64,000 nucleotides of DNA from a virus (taxonomy: Duplodnaviria; Caudoviricetes), in IMG/VR virus record IMGVR_UViG_2706795940_000001, positions 1 through 64,000 of that record, one strand, 5' to 3'. Positions 35,574 through 45,317 of the stretch are shown here, piece after piece. Positions within the stretch are counted from its first letter, which is position 1. Each line of letters starts with the position of its first letter. Made by a program: the position numbers and the translations under genes. The notes beneath the pieces were generated by a model, which worked only from the letters and a program-made list of their open reading frames with translations, made no database searches and had not been told where the DNA came from.

Positions 35574-36655
35574 TGGCCACCTACAACGACCTTTTCGGCG
35601 AGCCGGTAGATGTGCTCCACCCCGCCGTCCGCGTGTACGCGGTTGACGACAACGAGGGTGGAGTCCCGCTCAGGCATCTGTCGATCAGCATCACCCCGGG
35701 TGAGGGGATCCTCGAGCTCCCTCGCGGGCTTCCCGGACCGCCTGGCGACAAGGGTGAGGCAGCAGTCCCGTTCCTGCACATGGGGGACAGGTCCGCGGCT
35801 CACATTGCCGCACTGCAGCTTGGGCCTTCCGATGCTGGCAAGACCTACCGCAACCTCGACACCAACGACATGCACTACTGGTCCGGAACCTACTGGGTCG
35901 TGTTTGCCGACGCCTTCGGCGCCCAAGGTCCCGAAGGTCCATCGGGACGAATCTCCGCGGTGTCCATCGAGACCCTCGACAAGGATGACGACCCTGTAGC
36001 GAGCCTGACCGGCGCGCCGGGGTCGCAGGTGCTTCACATCGGAATCCCCGCGGTTCCGGGCCCCAAGGGTGACACCGGGCCGGCGGCGGCGATCCAATCT
36101 GCGAGCGACTACGACAACAGCGTTGCCCCCGAGGATGGCTCGGTCGTCACCTACGACGCGGTCTCCGGGAAGTGGAAGCCTTACTCGGCACCCAAGATCC
36201 GTCACTACTCCCTGCCCTCGGCGTCGTTCACGAACACCGGCCTGCGGCTGACCGAGAACCACCAGGTGCTCGCCGAACTCCCATTGGAGCCGCTGACATT
36301 CCCGACTGCGCTCTACGTGACCGGACACTTCCTCGTCAACCAATTCAACACCTCCCAGATGGCGATCGAGGCCCGCGTTGGCGGCACCGGCGCCTCGGGA
36401 GACGGCGTCACCGTCGCGAAGGGGATTGCACTCCCTGGCGTCGGTGAGCAAATGGTCACCGTAACACCACACTTCAGCACTGCAGCCAGCCCGAGCATGT
36501 CAACCGCCCCCGGAAGCTACGTCGGCATCATTCCGGCCAATCACAGCGGCAACGCCGGCAAGGTCTGGGTCGTGATGTCGCGCGTCGGCGGCATCGGTGG
36601 CTGGGAGGTCAAGGGTGCCCATGCGCAGCTCTCTGTGATGCGCCACCCCATCTGA
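35573..36655 (+). CDS. minor tail protein with short collagen-like stretches
   Basis: GxPGPPGDKG motifs. Confidence 0.8.
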   Translation: MATYNDLFGEPVDVLHPAVRVYAVDDNEGGVPLRHLSISITPGEGILELPRGLPGPPGDKGEAAVPFLHMGDRSAAHIAALQLGPSDAGKTYRNLDTNDMHYWSGTYWVVFADAFGAQGPEGPSGRISAVSIETLDKDDDPVASLTGAPGSQVLHIGIPAVPGPKGDTGPAAAIQSASDYDNSVAPEDGSVVTYDAVSGKWKPYSAPKIRHYSLPSASFTNTGLRLTENHQVLAELPLEPLTFPTALYVTGHFLVNQFNTSQMAIEARVGGTGASGDGVTVAKGIALPGVGEQMVTVTPHFSTAASPSMSTAPGSYVGIIPANHSGNAGKVWVVMSRVGGIGGWEVKGAHAQLSVMRHPI

Positions 36656-36687
36656 CCACCTGTCTAATCAACACCGAGAGGTAAGAG

Positions 36688-38520
36688 TTGAACGAGGGCA
36701 ACAAGCATCTCGCCGCGCAGCTCTTCGAGTGGCTAAATGTCACCGGAGACATCGTCGATCTGCTTGGCATCGTCGGAACCATCCAGGAGTGGGTGGACGC
36801 GGTGCTTCAAGCACTCGGCGGGAACTTCTCTGCCCTAAGCGGTCTCGTTGGTGAGTTGACTAGTAATGCACCGCCGGGATGGGAGTGGATCTCCGACCTC
36901 TCGAGTTGGAATCCGATCGGTGACCTGATCACCGGCCTGCAGACGATGCTCAACCAGATCGGCGACATCGTCCGAGGGGTCATCGTGACCCCGATCAACA
37001 ACATGGTCTCCAACTTCAAGGACTGGTTCCTCGGCCTCGTCGGATGGCAGGGCAATAGCACGAACAAGCATCAGGAACTGACCAACATGGTCTGGACTGG
37101 TGCTACCACCCAGACTCCCGAAGAGGATCGAACCGAGGCACAGGTCCGCGACGCCGTGGCCGCACTCAAGGCCCGCTCGGAGGCCCTGCGCTCGGAGAAC
37201 GAGCTGCGATACCGATCGGCCGTTCCTCTCTGGCAGGGGCTCGTTCCTGGCGGCGACGTCACCTGCGACCTTAACACCGTCTCGGTCCGCGATAACTGGA
37301 ACATCCCGATCACGGGAACATCAGGGCCGCAGGGGTTCCCGGGGCACGACCACGGACCCGGGTCTTACGTCGCCAACCTCCGACTCGCGACGAACGCATC
37401 GACCACTTCGGGCGTCGGTGCGTCCATGGGGCCCTTCGCTCCATTTCGCGCGCGTTCCGACGTTCCGCGTAACGTTGTTACCTTCCTGGCGCGAGCCACG
37501 GGGTCGGTCACCAGTGGATACGTCAGTCTCTGGAGCTACGACTACGACACCGACAAGTGGCTGTGCGTCGCCCGCAGTGCCGACTTCATGTCGCAGGTCC
37601 CTGGAACTGACTCGTACGGATGGGTCGATGCGCAGCTGCTCGAGGAGTACACACCCTCGGTAGGCGAGCTCATGGCTGTGCGGTGGTCAACGGCCGGCTC
37701 CGGAACACTCCTTCTCGCCTCGTCGCTGTCCGCCGGCACTCAGGACCACCAGTTCCTCATCCCGGCCTACCACAGCGTCCCTTACGGCACCGCTGCAATG
37801 ATCGCAGCGCCGACGAGCCCCGGGGTTGGCCAGGAGCTGTCGCTCACCGACCCCAACCAGTGGTGGTCCGGAAAGACCCCGTTCGCTCAGATCGCACCCG
37901 ACCTCGGACAGACGGTCCTCCCGCGGCCCCAGTACTGGTTCGACGACTTCAATGCCAGCGACCCCAACGCATACACATTCTCCAACAATGGTGCGCGAAT
38001 CTCCGACGGCCACTTCGAGTTCTGGGGCACGTCTAGTGTTCCAACTGTCCAGTACCTCATCTACCGCGGGCAGATGGCCACGCCGAACCTCCGGATCGAA
38101 GCCACCGCGAAGGGGCATCACGGTCGCGAGATGTTCATGCGCCTGGGGTGCACATCAAACGGCACATCCGGTCTGAATCTCACCATCAATGCAGACGGCG
38201 GATCGACCACACAGGTTCTCCTGCAGACCGTTTCGCCCACAGACCCCGGTGCCGTGACGACACGGCACACCATTACCGGCGTGCCGTTCACCAGCACCGA
38301 CCGCTGGGCCCTCGAGTTCGAGGACCCCTCGAAGACCTACATCGTCTACCGAAATGGGTCATTCGTGACCTCGTGGGCAGACCCGGGCAATCTAGCCGTC
38401 CGTGGCAAGGGCAAGCGATCCGGTGGTCTTGGCGTGACCAGATCATTCTTCCTCGATTCCGGCGCGTGGGACGACTTCCTGCTCTACGACGTCACTTCCA
38501 ACGAAACCGAGACCGAATAA
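36688..38520 (+). CDS. minor tail protein
   Basis: 610 aa, beta-rich C-terminal domain; synteny. Confidence 0.8.
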   Translation: MNEGNKHLAAQLFEWLNVTGDIVDLLGIVGTIQEWVDAVLQALGGNFSALSGLVGELTSNAPPGWEWISDLSSWNPIGDLITGLQTMLNQIGDIVRGVIVTPINNMVSNFKDWFLGLVGWQGNSTNKHQELTNMVWTGATTQTPEEDRTEAQVRDAVAALKARSEALRSENELRYRSAVPLWQGLVPGGDVTCDLNTVSVRDNWNIPITGTSGPQGFPGHDHGPGSYVANLRLATNASTTSGVGASMGPFAPFRARSDVPRNVVTFLARATGSVTSGYVSLWSYDYDTDKWLCVARSADFMSQVPGTDSYGWVDAQLLEEYTPSVGELMAVRWSTAGSGTLLLASSLSAGTQDHQFLIPAYHSVPYGTAAMIAAPTSPGVGQELSLTDPNQWWSGKTPFAQIAPDLGQTVLPRPQYWFDDFNASDPNAYTFSNNGARISDGHFEFWGTSSVPTVQYLIYRGQMATPNLRIEATAKGHHGREMFMRLGCTSNGTSGLNLTINADGGSTTQVLLQTVSPTDPGAVTTRHTITGVPFTSTDRWALEFEDPSKTYIVYRNGSFVTSWADPGNLAVRGKGKRSGGLGVTRSFFLDSGAWDDFLLYDVTSNETETE

Positions 38521-38529
38521 GGAAAACCC

Positions 38530-39249
38530 ATGGCAGACATCACATATCAGCATGTGACCGGCAAGTGGACCCACCTTGTCGAGGACGGCATGGTCGATCT
38601 CGACTCTGTGCCTGACGAGGTGGGCGTCACCGGCCACATCCGGTTCATCCCCGTGGTTGACCCCAAGGTGCCGGCCTTCCCGACCGGTGACCCGACGCGC
38701 TCGGTGTCGGTCTCAGAAATCGGTGCGGTTGTGGTGAACGGTGAAATCGAAGACCACCAGGGCCGACCGGGCGTCTGGCTCGTGGCCACGATCGGGGGAC
38801 GTCCGGTTCGATGGACGGCGCGACCGAACCTGACCTTCAACGGCGTGGTCATCCCGACACGTGACATCGTGTTCCTGCCGCCCGAAACTGGCGATGAGCT
38901 GCACCTCAACGATGTCATCGAGGACCCTGAGGTCAACTGGGGAGGCCACCGCGCGACTCCGACAGTAGACCTGAACCTGCCGACGGTGGGGGATTACGCC
39001 TACAGCTATCGGATCGCAGCGGGGGAGTTCGACCCAGACGCCGAGCTGTACTACCTGTTTGGCGACCCCCCGACACCTGATTTGCGCTGGGACTTCGACA
39101 TCGACACCGACGTCGCTTCGATCCTCAAGACGGGCGTCGCGGTCTCCGAGGTCCTCCCCGGCACTCGCTACTGGCTGATCTTCAAGGCCGGCCCCACCTC
39201 GCCGGCTCGCGAACTCCTGACCGGCGTCGTACGGAAGGTGAATGCCTGA
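38530..39249 (+). CDS. minor tail protein
   Basis: GRPGVWLVA motif; synteny. Confidence 0.7.
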   Translation: MADITYQHVTGKWTHLVEDGMVDLDSVPDEVGVTGHIRFIPVVDPKVPAFPTGDPTRSVSVSEIGAVVVNGEIEDHQGRPGVWLVATIGGRPVRWTARPNLTFNGVVIPTRDIVFLPPETGDELHLNDVIEDPEVNWGGHRATPTVDLNLPTVGDYAYSYRIAAGEFDPDAELYYLFGDPPTPDLRWDFDIDTDVASILKTGVAVSEVLPGTRYWLIFKAGPTSPARELLTGVVRKVNA

Positions 39250-41279
39250 TGCATCTCATCGGATCAGACGGTTCGTCTGTCTCCGTCCTCCCGTCGCGCA
39301 CCGAGGAGCTCTCCTTCGATGAGGACCGCACCGCGTTGTTCGTACCAGTCCCTGGCATGCCTGGCCCCAGGGGCAGCGACGGCGACCAGGGGCCGAAGGG
39401 CGACAAGGGCGACCCCGGCGAACGAGGCCTGCAGGGACTGAAGGGCGACCAAGGAACCAAGGGAGACAAGGGGGACCAGGGTAACCAGGGCCCCCCGGGT
39501 GAAGTGTCGCTCGCACAGCTCAACTCCGGGCTCGATACGAAGGTTGCGAAGCGGCCGACTGGACAGAACGCCCAGGTCTACATCCGAAACGGCTCGGGAG
39601 TCGATACCGGAACCGGATACTCGAACGCGCCGGACCCCAGCACGTTCCCGATCCGTGACGCCGACGGACGAATCGGCGTGGGCGACCCAGCAACCCCAAC
39701 CCAAGCAGCGTCTAAGAACTACGTCGACACGACGACACCCAAGATCGCTGACGGCGCGGTCATCTCCGGGCCGAACAACCTGGCCGCAGCCATCGGAACC
39801 TGGGCCCCAGAATCCGCCGGATTCGTGCACATCCCGCACGTCTTCAACGACCTCGCCTACAACCGCCAACGCGGCGGTGTGTTCACCCTGACGAAGAATG
39901 GCGTGGACACTGCACTGGCGCCGGCAACCATGGATCGAGCATTCGAGCCGAACACGAACGCCATCTCGGTGGCGCTCACCAACAAGGCTACTGACGTGTT
40001 CGTAGCCGAAGTCACAACGTGCGTCTCCTTCAGGTACGGAACCGTGGTCGGTATCGCAATGCCATCCGGCTTTCGTGGCAAGAATGTTGTGGTGGAGGGG
40101 TTTTGGAACAATGTCTGGAACGCCTTGGACACAAGGACCGACTGCGAGAGCGGCGTTGTAGTCACCCGGGTTAGCGTCCCGACGGATGCCTCGCCTCCGC
40201 TCACCAAGCTGCGCTTCACGGTCTCGAACTTCCACTCGTCGGCCAGCTTCAGAATCTCAAGCATCTTCGCGCTCGCCTACAACTCACCCCTTGCAGAGCA
40301 GGCGTTCGTATCACGGGCTGGCGGGGACATCTACGGCCCGCTGTCTTACAACGCGGACCCCGCGGGCGCAAACGAACTGGTGCGAAAGTCCTACGTCGAC
40401 ACCAAGGTTCCGAAGCTCACGGCAGGGGTAACCACCCGCGTCTATACGCGTACCCCAGCCGGAACCGACGAGGGCATCGCCTATTCGGGGTCCGCGGTCG
40501 CCGACACTTTCGCCATTCGCGACGGCAATGGGCGACTCACCGCGGCTGACCCCAGCGCCGCGGGCCACCTGACCACCAAGTCGTGGGTTGACGCTCAGAT
40601 CGCCACTCGTGAAGCCACTGCGAACAAGGGGGTCGCGAATGGATACGCTGGCCTCGACGCCGGTGGCAAGGTCCCGATCAGCCAGCTCCCGTCGTCGATC
40701 ATGGAGTACAAGGGCGTGTGGAACGCCGCGACGAACACTCCAGCATTGTCTAACGGAACTGGCGACACCGGCGACGTCTACCGGGTGACCGCGGCTGGTA
40801 CGCGCAACCTCGGATCGGGGAACATTGAGTTCGCCGTTGGCGACTATGTGGTGTACAACGCAGCTGGTCAGTGGGAGAAGTCGGACACCACCGACTCGGT
40901 CGCGAGTGTCGCCGGCAAGGTCGGCGTCGTGACGCTGGTCAAGGGCGACGTCGGACTCGGCAACGTCGACAACACGAGCGACCTCAACAAGCCGGTGAGT
41001 ACCGCAACGCAGACGGCACTGAACGGCAAGGTCAACGCGATCACCGAGCCGTGGAAAATCTACTCCACGAGCGACACGGGCTTGCATGGACTCGACTTCG
41101 CCGGCAACGCCCCGACGCCGTGGACGATCGTTCAGCGCGGCGAGGGTGGTCGAACCAAGGTCGGCACGCCAGTCGATTCCGATGATGCGACCACCAAGGC
41201 CTACGTGGATGCCAAGGCCCCTGTCATCGGCCCACTGCCCGCGACCGGCCAACCCGGCGTTCTCTACGTGGTGCCCTGA
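39249..41279 (+). CDS. tail fibre / minor tail protein with collagen repeat and three repeated modules
   Basis: Gly-X-Y run; repeated R..GR....P...A..K.YVD module; KGVANGYAGLD. Confidence 0.85.
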   Translation: MHLIGSDGSSVSVLPSRTEELSFDEDRTALFVPVPGMPGPRGSDGDQGPKGDKGDPGERGLQGLKGDQGTKGDKGDQGNQGPPGEVSLAQLNSGLDTKVAKRPTGQNAQVYIRNGSGVDTGTGYSNAPDPSTFPIRDADGRIGVGDPATPTQAASKNYVDTTTPKIADGAVISGPNNLAAAIGTWAPESAGFVHIPHVFNDLAYNRQRGGVFTLTKNGVDTALAPATMDRAFEPNTNAISVALTNKATDVFVAEVTTCVSFRYGTVVGIAMPSGFRGKNVVVEGFWNNVWNALDTRTDCESGVVVTRVSVPTDASPPLTKLRFTVSNFHSSASFRISSIFALAYNSPLAEQAFVSRAGGDIYGPLSYNADPAGANELVRKSYVDTKVPKLTAGVTTRVYTRTPAGTDEGIAYSGSAVADTFAIRDGNGRLTAADPSAAGHLTTKSWVDAQIATREATANKGVANGYAGLDAGGKVPISQLPSSIMEYKGVWNAATNTPALSNGTGDTGDVYRVTAAGTRNLGSGNIEFAVGDYVVYNAAGQWEKSDTTDSVASVAGKVGVVTLVKGDVGLGNVDNTSDLNKPVSTATQTALNGKVNAITEPWKIYSTSDTGLHGLDFAGNAPTPWTIVQRGEGGRTKVGTPVDSDDATTKAYVDAKAPVIGPLPATGQPGVLYVVP

Positions 41280-42208
41280 TGCCCGGGTTGTTCACGACGG
41301 GCGATGGCACCACATTCTCCGAGTATCAGCCGCGGATCTGGAACGGAGCCGAGTTCGTCGCACCCACTGGGCAGTGCTACATCTGGGACGGGGCACAGTT
41401 CGTCAAGGTGTGGCCGGCAGCCGGACGTCAGCGCATGAACAAGGCTGGCGACTTCGCAATCAACGGGGTCGCCACCCCGGTCACCGACTGGGGCTCAGAC
41501 CCCACCTTCCCCGCAACGCTGCAGTCCTACGGGATGGCTGCTCAGGGCGGCGGCACCGTCACGATTCACGCGCTAGTTTGGATCACTCGAAACTCCACCT
41601 CTGGCAGCATCGTGGTGCAGCTCAAGGTGAATGCCGCGGTCGTAGACCAGATAAGCGCCCCCGCGGGCACTATCACCGGGAGTGGCCGGCCACACCATCT
41701 GATGTGGACCGGAACCATCAACCATGGCGACCTCGTGCACCTCAATGGTCAGCGCACCATTTCGACATCGGGCGCACTGTTGGCCGGCAGCTACGTGTAC
41801 GTGGAGCCAGGCAACACGACGTACACGATGCGCCGAGCATGGAAGACGTCTTCGCAGAGCCTCACGGCGACGCGATCCACGATCACCAACATGGCCATCG
41901 ACCCCCGGTACGGGAGCAGTGTCAACAGTAGTCAACTGGTGGTTGACACTGCCGGCGCGGGAATCGCGCGCGCGGCTGTGCAGATAACGGATACAACCTC
42001 GTCGTCTTGCACCCTGTTCCTCATGAAGAACGGTGTCGAGATCGGGTCAGTGTCGTTCGCTGCCGGCGAGAGTGGCACGAAGTGGATCGAGGTTCCGACC
42101 ACGTTCGTCTCGAATGACATGTTGCGGCTCGAAGGCGTACGCGCCACTGCCGGCCGAGCCGTCGGACTCGGTACCACCATCGAGGCATTGATCCCGACCG
42201 TGGTGTAA
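41279..42208 (+). CDS. minor tail / receptor-binding protein
   Basis: WDG..FVKVWP N-terminus, two beta-sandwich-like halves. Confidence 0.7.
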   Translation: MPGLFTTGDGTTFSEYQPRIWNGAEFVAPTGQCYIWDGAQFVKVWPAAGRQRMNKAGDFAINGVATPVTDWGSDPTFPATLQSYGMAAQGGGTVTIHALVWITRNSTSGSIVVQLKVNAAVVDQISAPAGTITGSGRPHHLMWTGTINHGDLVHLNGQRTISTSGALLAGSYVYVEPGNTTYTMRRAWKTSSQSLTATRSTITNMAIDPRYGSSVNSSQLVVDTAGAGIARAAVQITDTTSSSCTLFLMKNGVEIGSVSFAAGESGTKWIEVPTTFVSNDMLRLEGVRATAGRAVGLGTTIEALIPTVV

Positions 42209-42209
42209 C

Positions 42210-42545
42210 TCAGACCGCCTCGCTGAACGCCCTCATAACGTGTTGCGGCACACGGCCTTTGGCTGACACCTCGTAGCCATTGTCCCGCGCCCACTGGCGT
42301 ACCGCGCGGAGGTCTGTGGCGTCTTCGGACGGCGCCGCTCGCACCATGCGCTTGCGCCCTCCAACTCGTGTCGCCGCGGTGACGAACTTGTCGAGGGCCT
42401 TCTCGAACTTCATGATGTTGGTTGTGCGCAGATCGATCTCGTAATCCACGCCCTGGAAAGAGAACGAGACGGTGCCGCCCTCGCCCTCCTCGATCGGCTT
42501 GTTGTCCAGATCGTCCACCATCAGAACCTGGGGAATTCTAGCCAT
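42210..42545 (-). CDS. lsr2: Lsr2-like DNA-bridging protein
   Basis: VDDLD, YEIDL, VRQWARDNGYEVSAKGRVP. Confidence 0.93.
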   Translation of the reverse strand: MARIPQVLMVDDLDNKPIEEGEGGTVSFSFQGVDYEIDLRTTNIMKFEKALDKFVTAATRVGGRKRMVRAAPSEDATDLRAVRQWARDNGYEVSAKGRVPQHVMRAFSEAV

Positions 42546-43041
42546 GTCCGGAGCCCTCCTTTAGTTGCATTCCCTCTAGATTTAGTTCAGTAAGTCGAAT
42601 TGCAGTATCGGCGATCCAGCGGCAATCGCCGGTTCCGGAAATCTTCGGAATTGAGTGCGATCCCGACTCCCATTCGGCCCCCTCTCGGCCGCACGCGACT
42701 CTGAACTTAGTCCATGCGTCGGTGGGCCTGTCGCCCAGGATGCCGTAGGGGGTGCGGATGCTCCGAGTCCTGCTCTCCATCCACGTGGCATCGTCAACGC
42801 AGTCGGTGATCGCACCGGTGCACGCGTCCTGGAGTCGCACGTAGATCTCGGAGCAATTCTGCCCGCAGTCGGCCACATACGCCGGCGGTTCAACCTTCGG
42901 CTCGTCGTCTCCGACAACGTTGAATACCAGCCCGACCAGGCCCGCGACAGCCGCCACAACAACGACACCAGTGAGGCAGTACACGACCCATCTGGGTATC
43001 CGTATTTCTAGTTGTCTCGTCTGTCTATCCACACGCTGCAT
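42538..43041 (-). CDS. membrane-anchored Cys-rich protein
   Basis: N-terminal TM helix; overlaps lsr2 start. Confidence 0.65.
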   Translation of the reverse strand: MQRVDRQTRQLEIRIPRWVVYCLTGVVVVAAVAGLVGLVFNVVGDDEPKVEPPAYVADCGQNCSEIYVRLQDACTGAITDCVDDATWMESRTRSIRTPYGILGDRPTDAWTKFRVACGREGAEWESGSHSIPKISGTGDCRWIADTAIRLTELNLEGMQLKEGSGHG

Positions 43042-43069
43042 ACTAGCGTTGTTCAGGTCACACCACAAT

Positions 43070-43115
43070 ACCGGCAGGGCCCCACTCGAAATTGAGTGGG
43101 GCCCTGCCGGTTTCT
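43070..43115. terminator. intrinsic terminator-like hairpin
   Basis: Long GC-rich stem accggcagggcccc.../...ggggccctgccggt followed by T-rich tail. Confidence 0.7.
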
Positions 43116-43361
43116 GTTGCGTCGTCGCCTAAAGCGTGCAACTCCTTTCTGTTTGGCATTTCGAATTGATGTCAAGTCTTGATGGTGGCTCCCGTGCCTT
43201 CATTCTGTCTCCCCCCTTCTGTCTAACTGGTGATTCTGAGTTTAGACACGTGGCGTTGACCACGTCAACCCCCGGTTATGTGTGTGCTGTACCACTGATT
43301 TGGGCAATGGTCTGATACCGTCTGTCTAGCCGTTGCGGCAGCCAGTAGACAGGAGAGCAAT

Positions 43362-43556
43362 TTGGCCCACGAAGAGCCAACCCCGGCGCAACTGAGAGCC
43401 ACCTACGACGCAGTCCAGAACTGGCTCGACAGTCTCGAAACCGTTCTGGACGTCTTCGAGTCCCTGGGGCTTCTGCCGCAGGTTGAGGTCGTCGCGAACC
43501 TCCACGGATCGCTCGAGCGGTCCATCGAGGATGCGATGGCAGGAGCCAGCGAGTGA
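43362..43556 (+). CDS. hypothetical protein
   Basis: AGGAGAG RBS, TTG start. Confidence 0.65.
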   Translation: MAHEEPTPAQLRATYDAVQNWLDSLETVLDVFESLGLLPQVEVVANLHGSLERSIEDAMAGASE

Positions 43557-44719
43557 AGGCATCAGAGGATGCCCCGTGGTCCGTCGCCCGGTACAACCAG
43601 GAGGTCGGGAAGTACGTCGACCGGCTCGGTGACATCTGGGTTGAGGGTCAACTCGTCCGCGTGCACCGACCGAAGGGGCACGTCGTCTTCATCGAGATGC
43701 GCGACGTGGAGAAGAAGCAGTCGATCTCTGTCACAGCCTCGGCCGGCGTCGTTCCGCGCGACATCTCCGACGGCGATCACGTCAAGGTTTTCGGCCACCC
43801 CCAGTATTGGAACTCCCGGGGAAGCCTGTCGCTGCGGATCAGCCAGATCATGGCAGTCGGGGTCGGGGCGCTCCAGAACGAGCTCGAGACCCGCGAGGCG
43901 AAGCTGGAGGCCGAGGGCCTCTTCCATCCACGCCACAAGCAGGCGCTCCCGCGTGTTCCGAAGTGCATCGGCCTGATCACCGCACCGAATAGCGACGCGG
44001 AGAAGGACGTGCTCAGCGTCGCGCGAGGACGGTGGTCGAGCGTCAGCTTCAAGCTGTCCCACATCAACGTCCAGGGGCAGCGCTGCGCCGGCGCGGCGAA
44101 GCGAGCCATCGAGGAGTTCGACGCGGACCCGGGCGTGGACGTCATCATCCTGGCCCGCGGCGGCGGCTCGAAGGAAGACCTCCTCCCGTGGTCCGACGAG
44201 GCTCTGGTTCGCGCCGCGTTCGCGTCTGCAACCCCGGTTGTGTCTGCGATTGGCCACGAGAATGATCGGCCGCTCCTCGACCGCGTTGTGGACCTTCGAG
44301 CGGCAACTCCGACGGATGCAGCGAAACGTGTCGTACCCGACGTGCACACTGAGGTCCGACAGATCGAACAGATGTTCGAACGAATTGGAGACTCAGTTGC
44401 TGGACGCATTCAGAACAGCGAACTCCGCATCGACTCGATGCTCGACCGTGTCGCCGGCGCTGTGGTCAGCGAGCTTTCATCGGCCGACCGTCGGACCGAC
44501 ACCGCCCTGAATGCGGTTCTCAGCAATTCAGCAGCCCAGCTGGCCAGCCACAATCGCCGCATCGACGCCCTCGGCGAGACCCTGGCCGCACTCGACCACC
44601 AGAAGGTCCTCAACCGCGGATACGCGGTCATCTCTGGCGTCAGCGGGCCGAACCCGCCGGCTGGAATCCAATTCACCGTGACAACCAAGGACGGCACCTT
44701 CACCGCCGTCACCGCATAG
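43553..44719 (+). CDS. xseA: exodeoxyribonuclease VII large subunit
   Basis: IWVEGQ OB fold, LEAEGLF, VIILARGGGSKEDL, VSAIGHEND, RAATPTDAA. Confidence 0.95.
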   Translation: MKASEDAPWSVARYNQEVGKYVDRLGDIWVEGQLVRVHRPKGHVVFIEMRDVEKKQSISVTASAGVVPRDISDGDHVKVFGHPQYWNSRGSLSLRISQIMAVGVGALQNELETREAKLEAEGLFHPRHKQALPRVPKCIGLITAPNSDAEKDVLSVARGRWSSVSFKLSHINVQGQRCAGAAKRAIEEFDADPGVDVIILARGGGSKEDLLPWSDEALVRAAFASATPVVSAIGHENDRPLLDRVVDLRAATPTDAAKRVVPDVHTEVRQIEQMFERIGDSVAGRIQNSELRIDSMLDRVAGAVVSELSSADRRTDTALNAVLSNSAAQLASHNRRIDALGETLAALDHQKVLNRGYAVISGVSGPNPPAGIQFTVTTKDGTFTAVTA

Positions 44720-44722
44720 AAG

Positions 44723-44932
44723 ATGGAGAACAATAGCGTGAGCACACCCTCATACGAGCAGTCGTTGGCCGAGCTGGAAGGCATCGTGAGCACGATCGCC
44801 AGCGGAAAGCTGACGATGGACGAGCTCTTCCCAGCCTGGGAGCGCGCCCTGGAGCTCAAGAAGGTCTGCAAGCAGCACCTCCGAGTCGCTCACGAGAAGC
44901 TCGAGCGCGTGTCCGCGGAGGTCCAGGGCTGA
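44723..44932 (+). CDS. xseB: exodeoxyribonuclease VII small subunit
   Basis: SYEQSLAELEGIV...G.L.....WER...L...C...L; follows xseA. Confidence 0.9.
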   Translation: MENNSVSTPSYEQSLAELEGIVSTIASGKLTMDELFPAWERALELKKVCKQHLRVAHEKLERVSAEVQG

Positions 44933-45084
44933 TGCTCCCCACGTCGAAAGCGGCGGTGCTGCACAAGAAGGCTTCGGCGCCGTATCAGTACTTCGGTCCA
45001 TTCGACGACCCGGGCGAGGCCGAGGAGTACATCGCCAACCGCGAACTCACGATGGCCTACGTCATCGAACTGAGGCAGCCGTGA
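44932..45084 (+). CDS. small hypothetical protein
   Basis: 50-aa ORF read manually, FGPFDD motif, coupled overlaps. Confidence 0.6.
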   Translation: MLPTSKAAVLHKKASAPYQYFGPFDDPGEAEEYIANRELTMAYVIELRQP

Positions 45085-45317
45085 TCGAGGCCCCGGAAGG
45101 AATGACGTTGACTTACAACATCTGTGAGATCTGGGTTCGCGATGGCGACCTCGGTGACGGGAACAATCCCTACGCCACCCTGGCCTACGACGTCGCCGGT
45201 CAGTTCTTCATCTCGTCCATCGAATCCCGAATCGCCAAAGTCTGGAAGCCGGGAGAAGTCGACGTCATCACTCGCTACGACGCCCACCCCCGATACGCAG
45301 GAGCGCACACACAATGA
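45081..45317 (+). CDS. hypothetical protein
   Basis: Coupled overlaps. Confidence 0.65.
   Translation: MIEAPEGMTLTYNICEIWVRDGDLGDGNNPYATLAYDVAGQFFISSIESRIAKVWKPGEVDVITRYDAHPRYAGAHTQ

Noticed and set aside
35573-42208. Diversity-generating retroelement or invertible tail-fibre switch
   Set aside because: No reverse transcriptase or invertase, and no TR/VR pair noticed.
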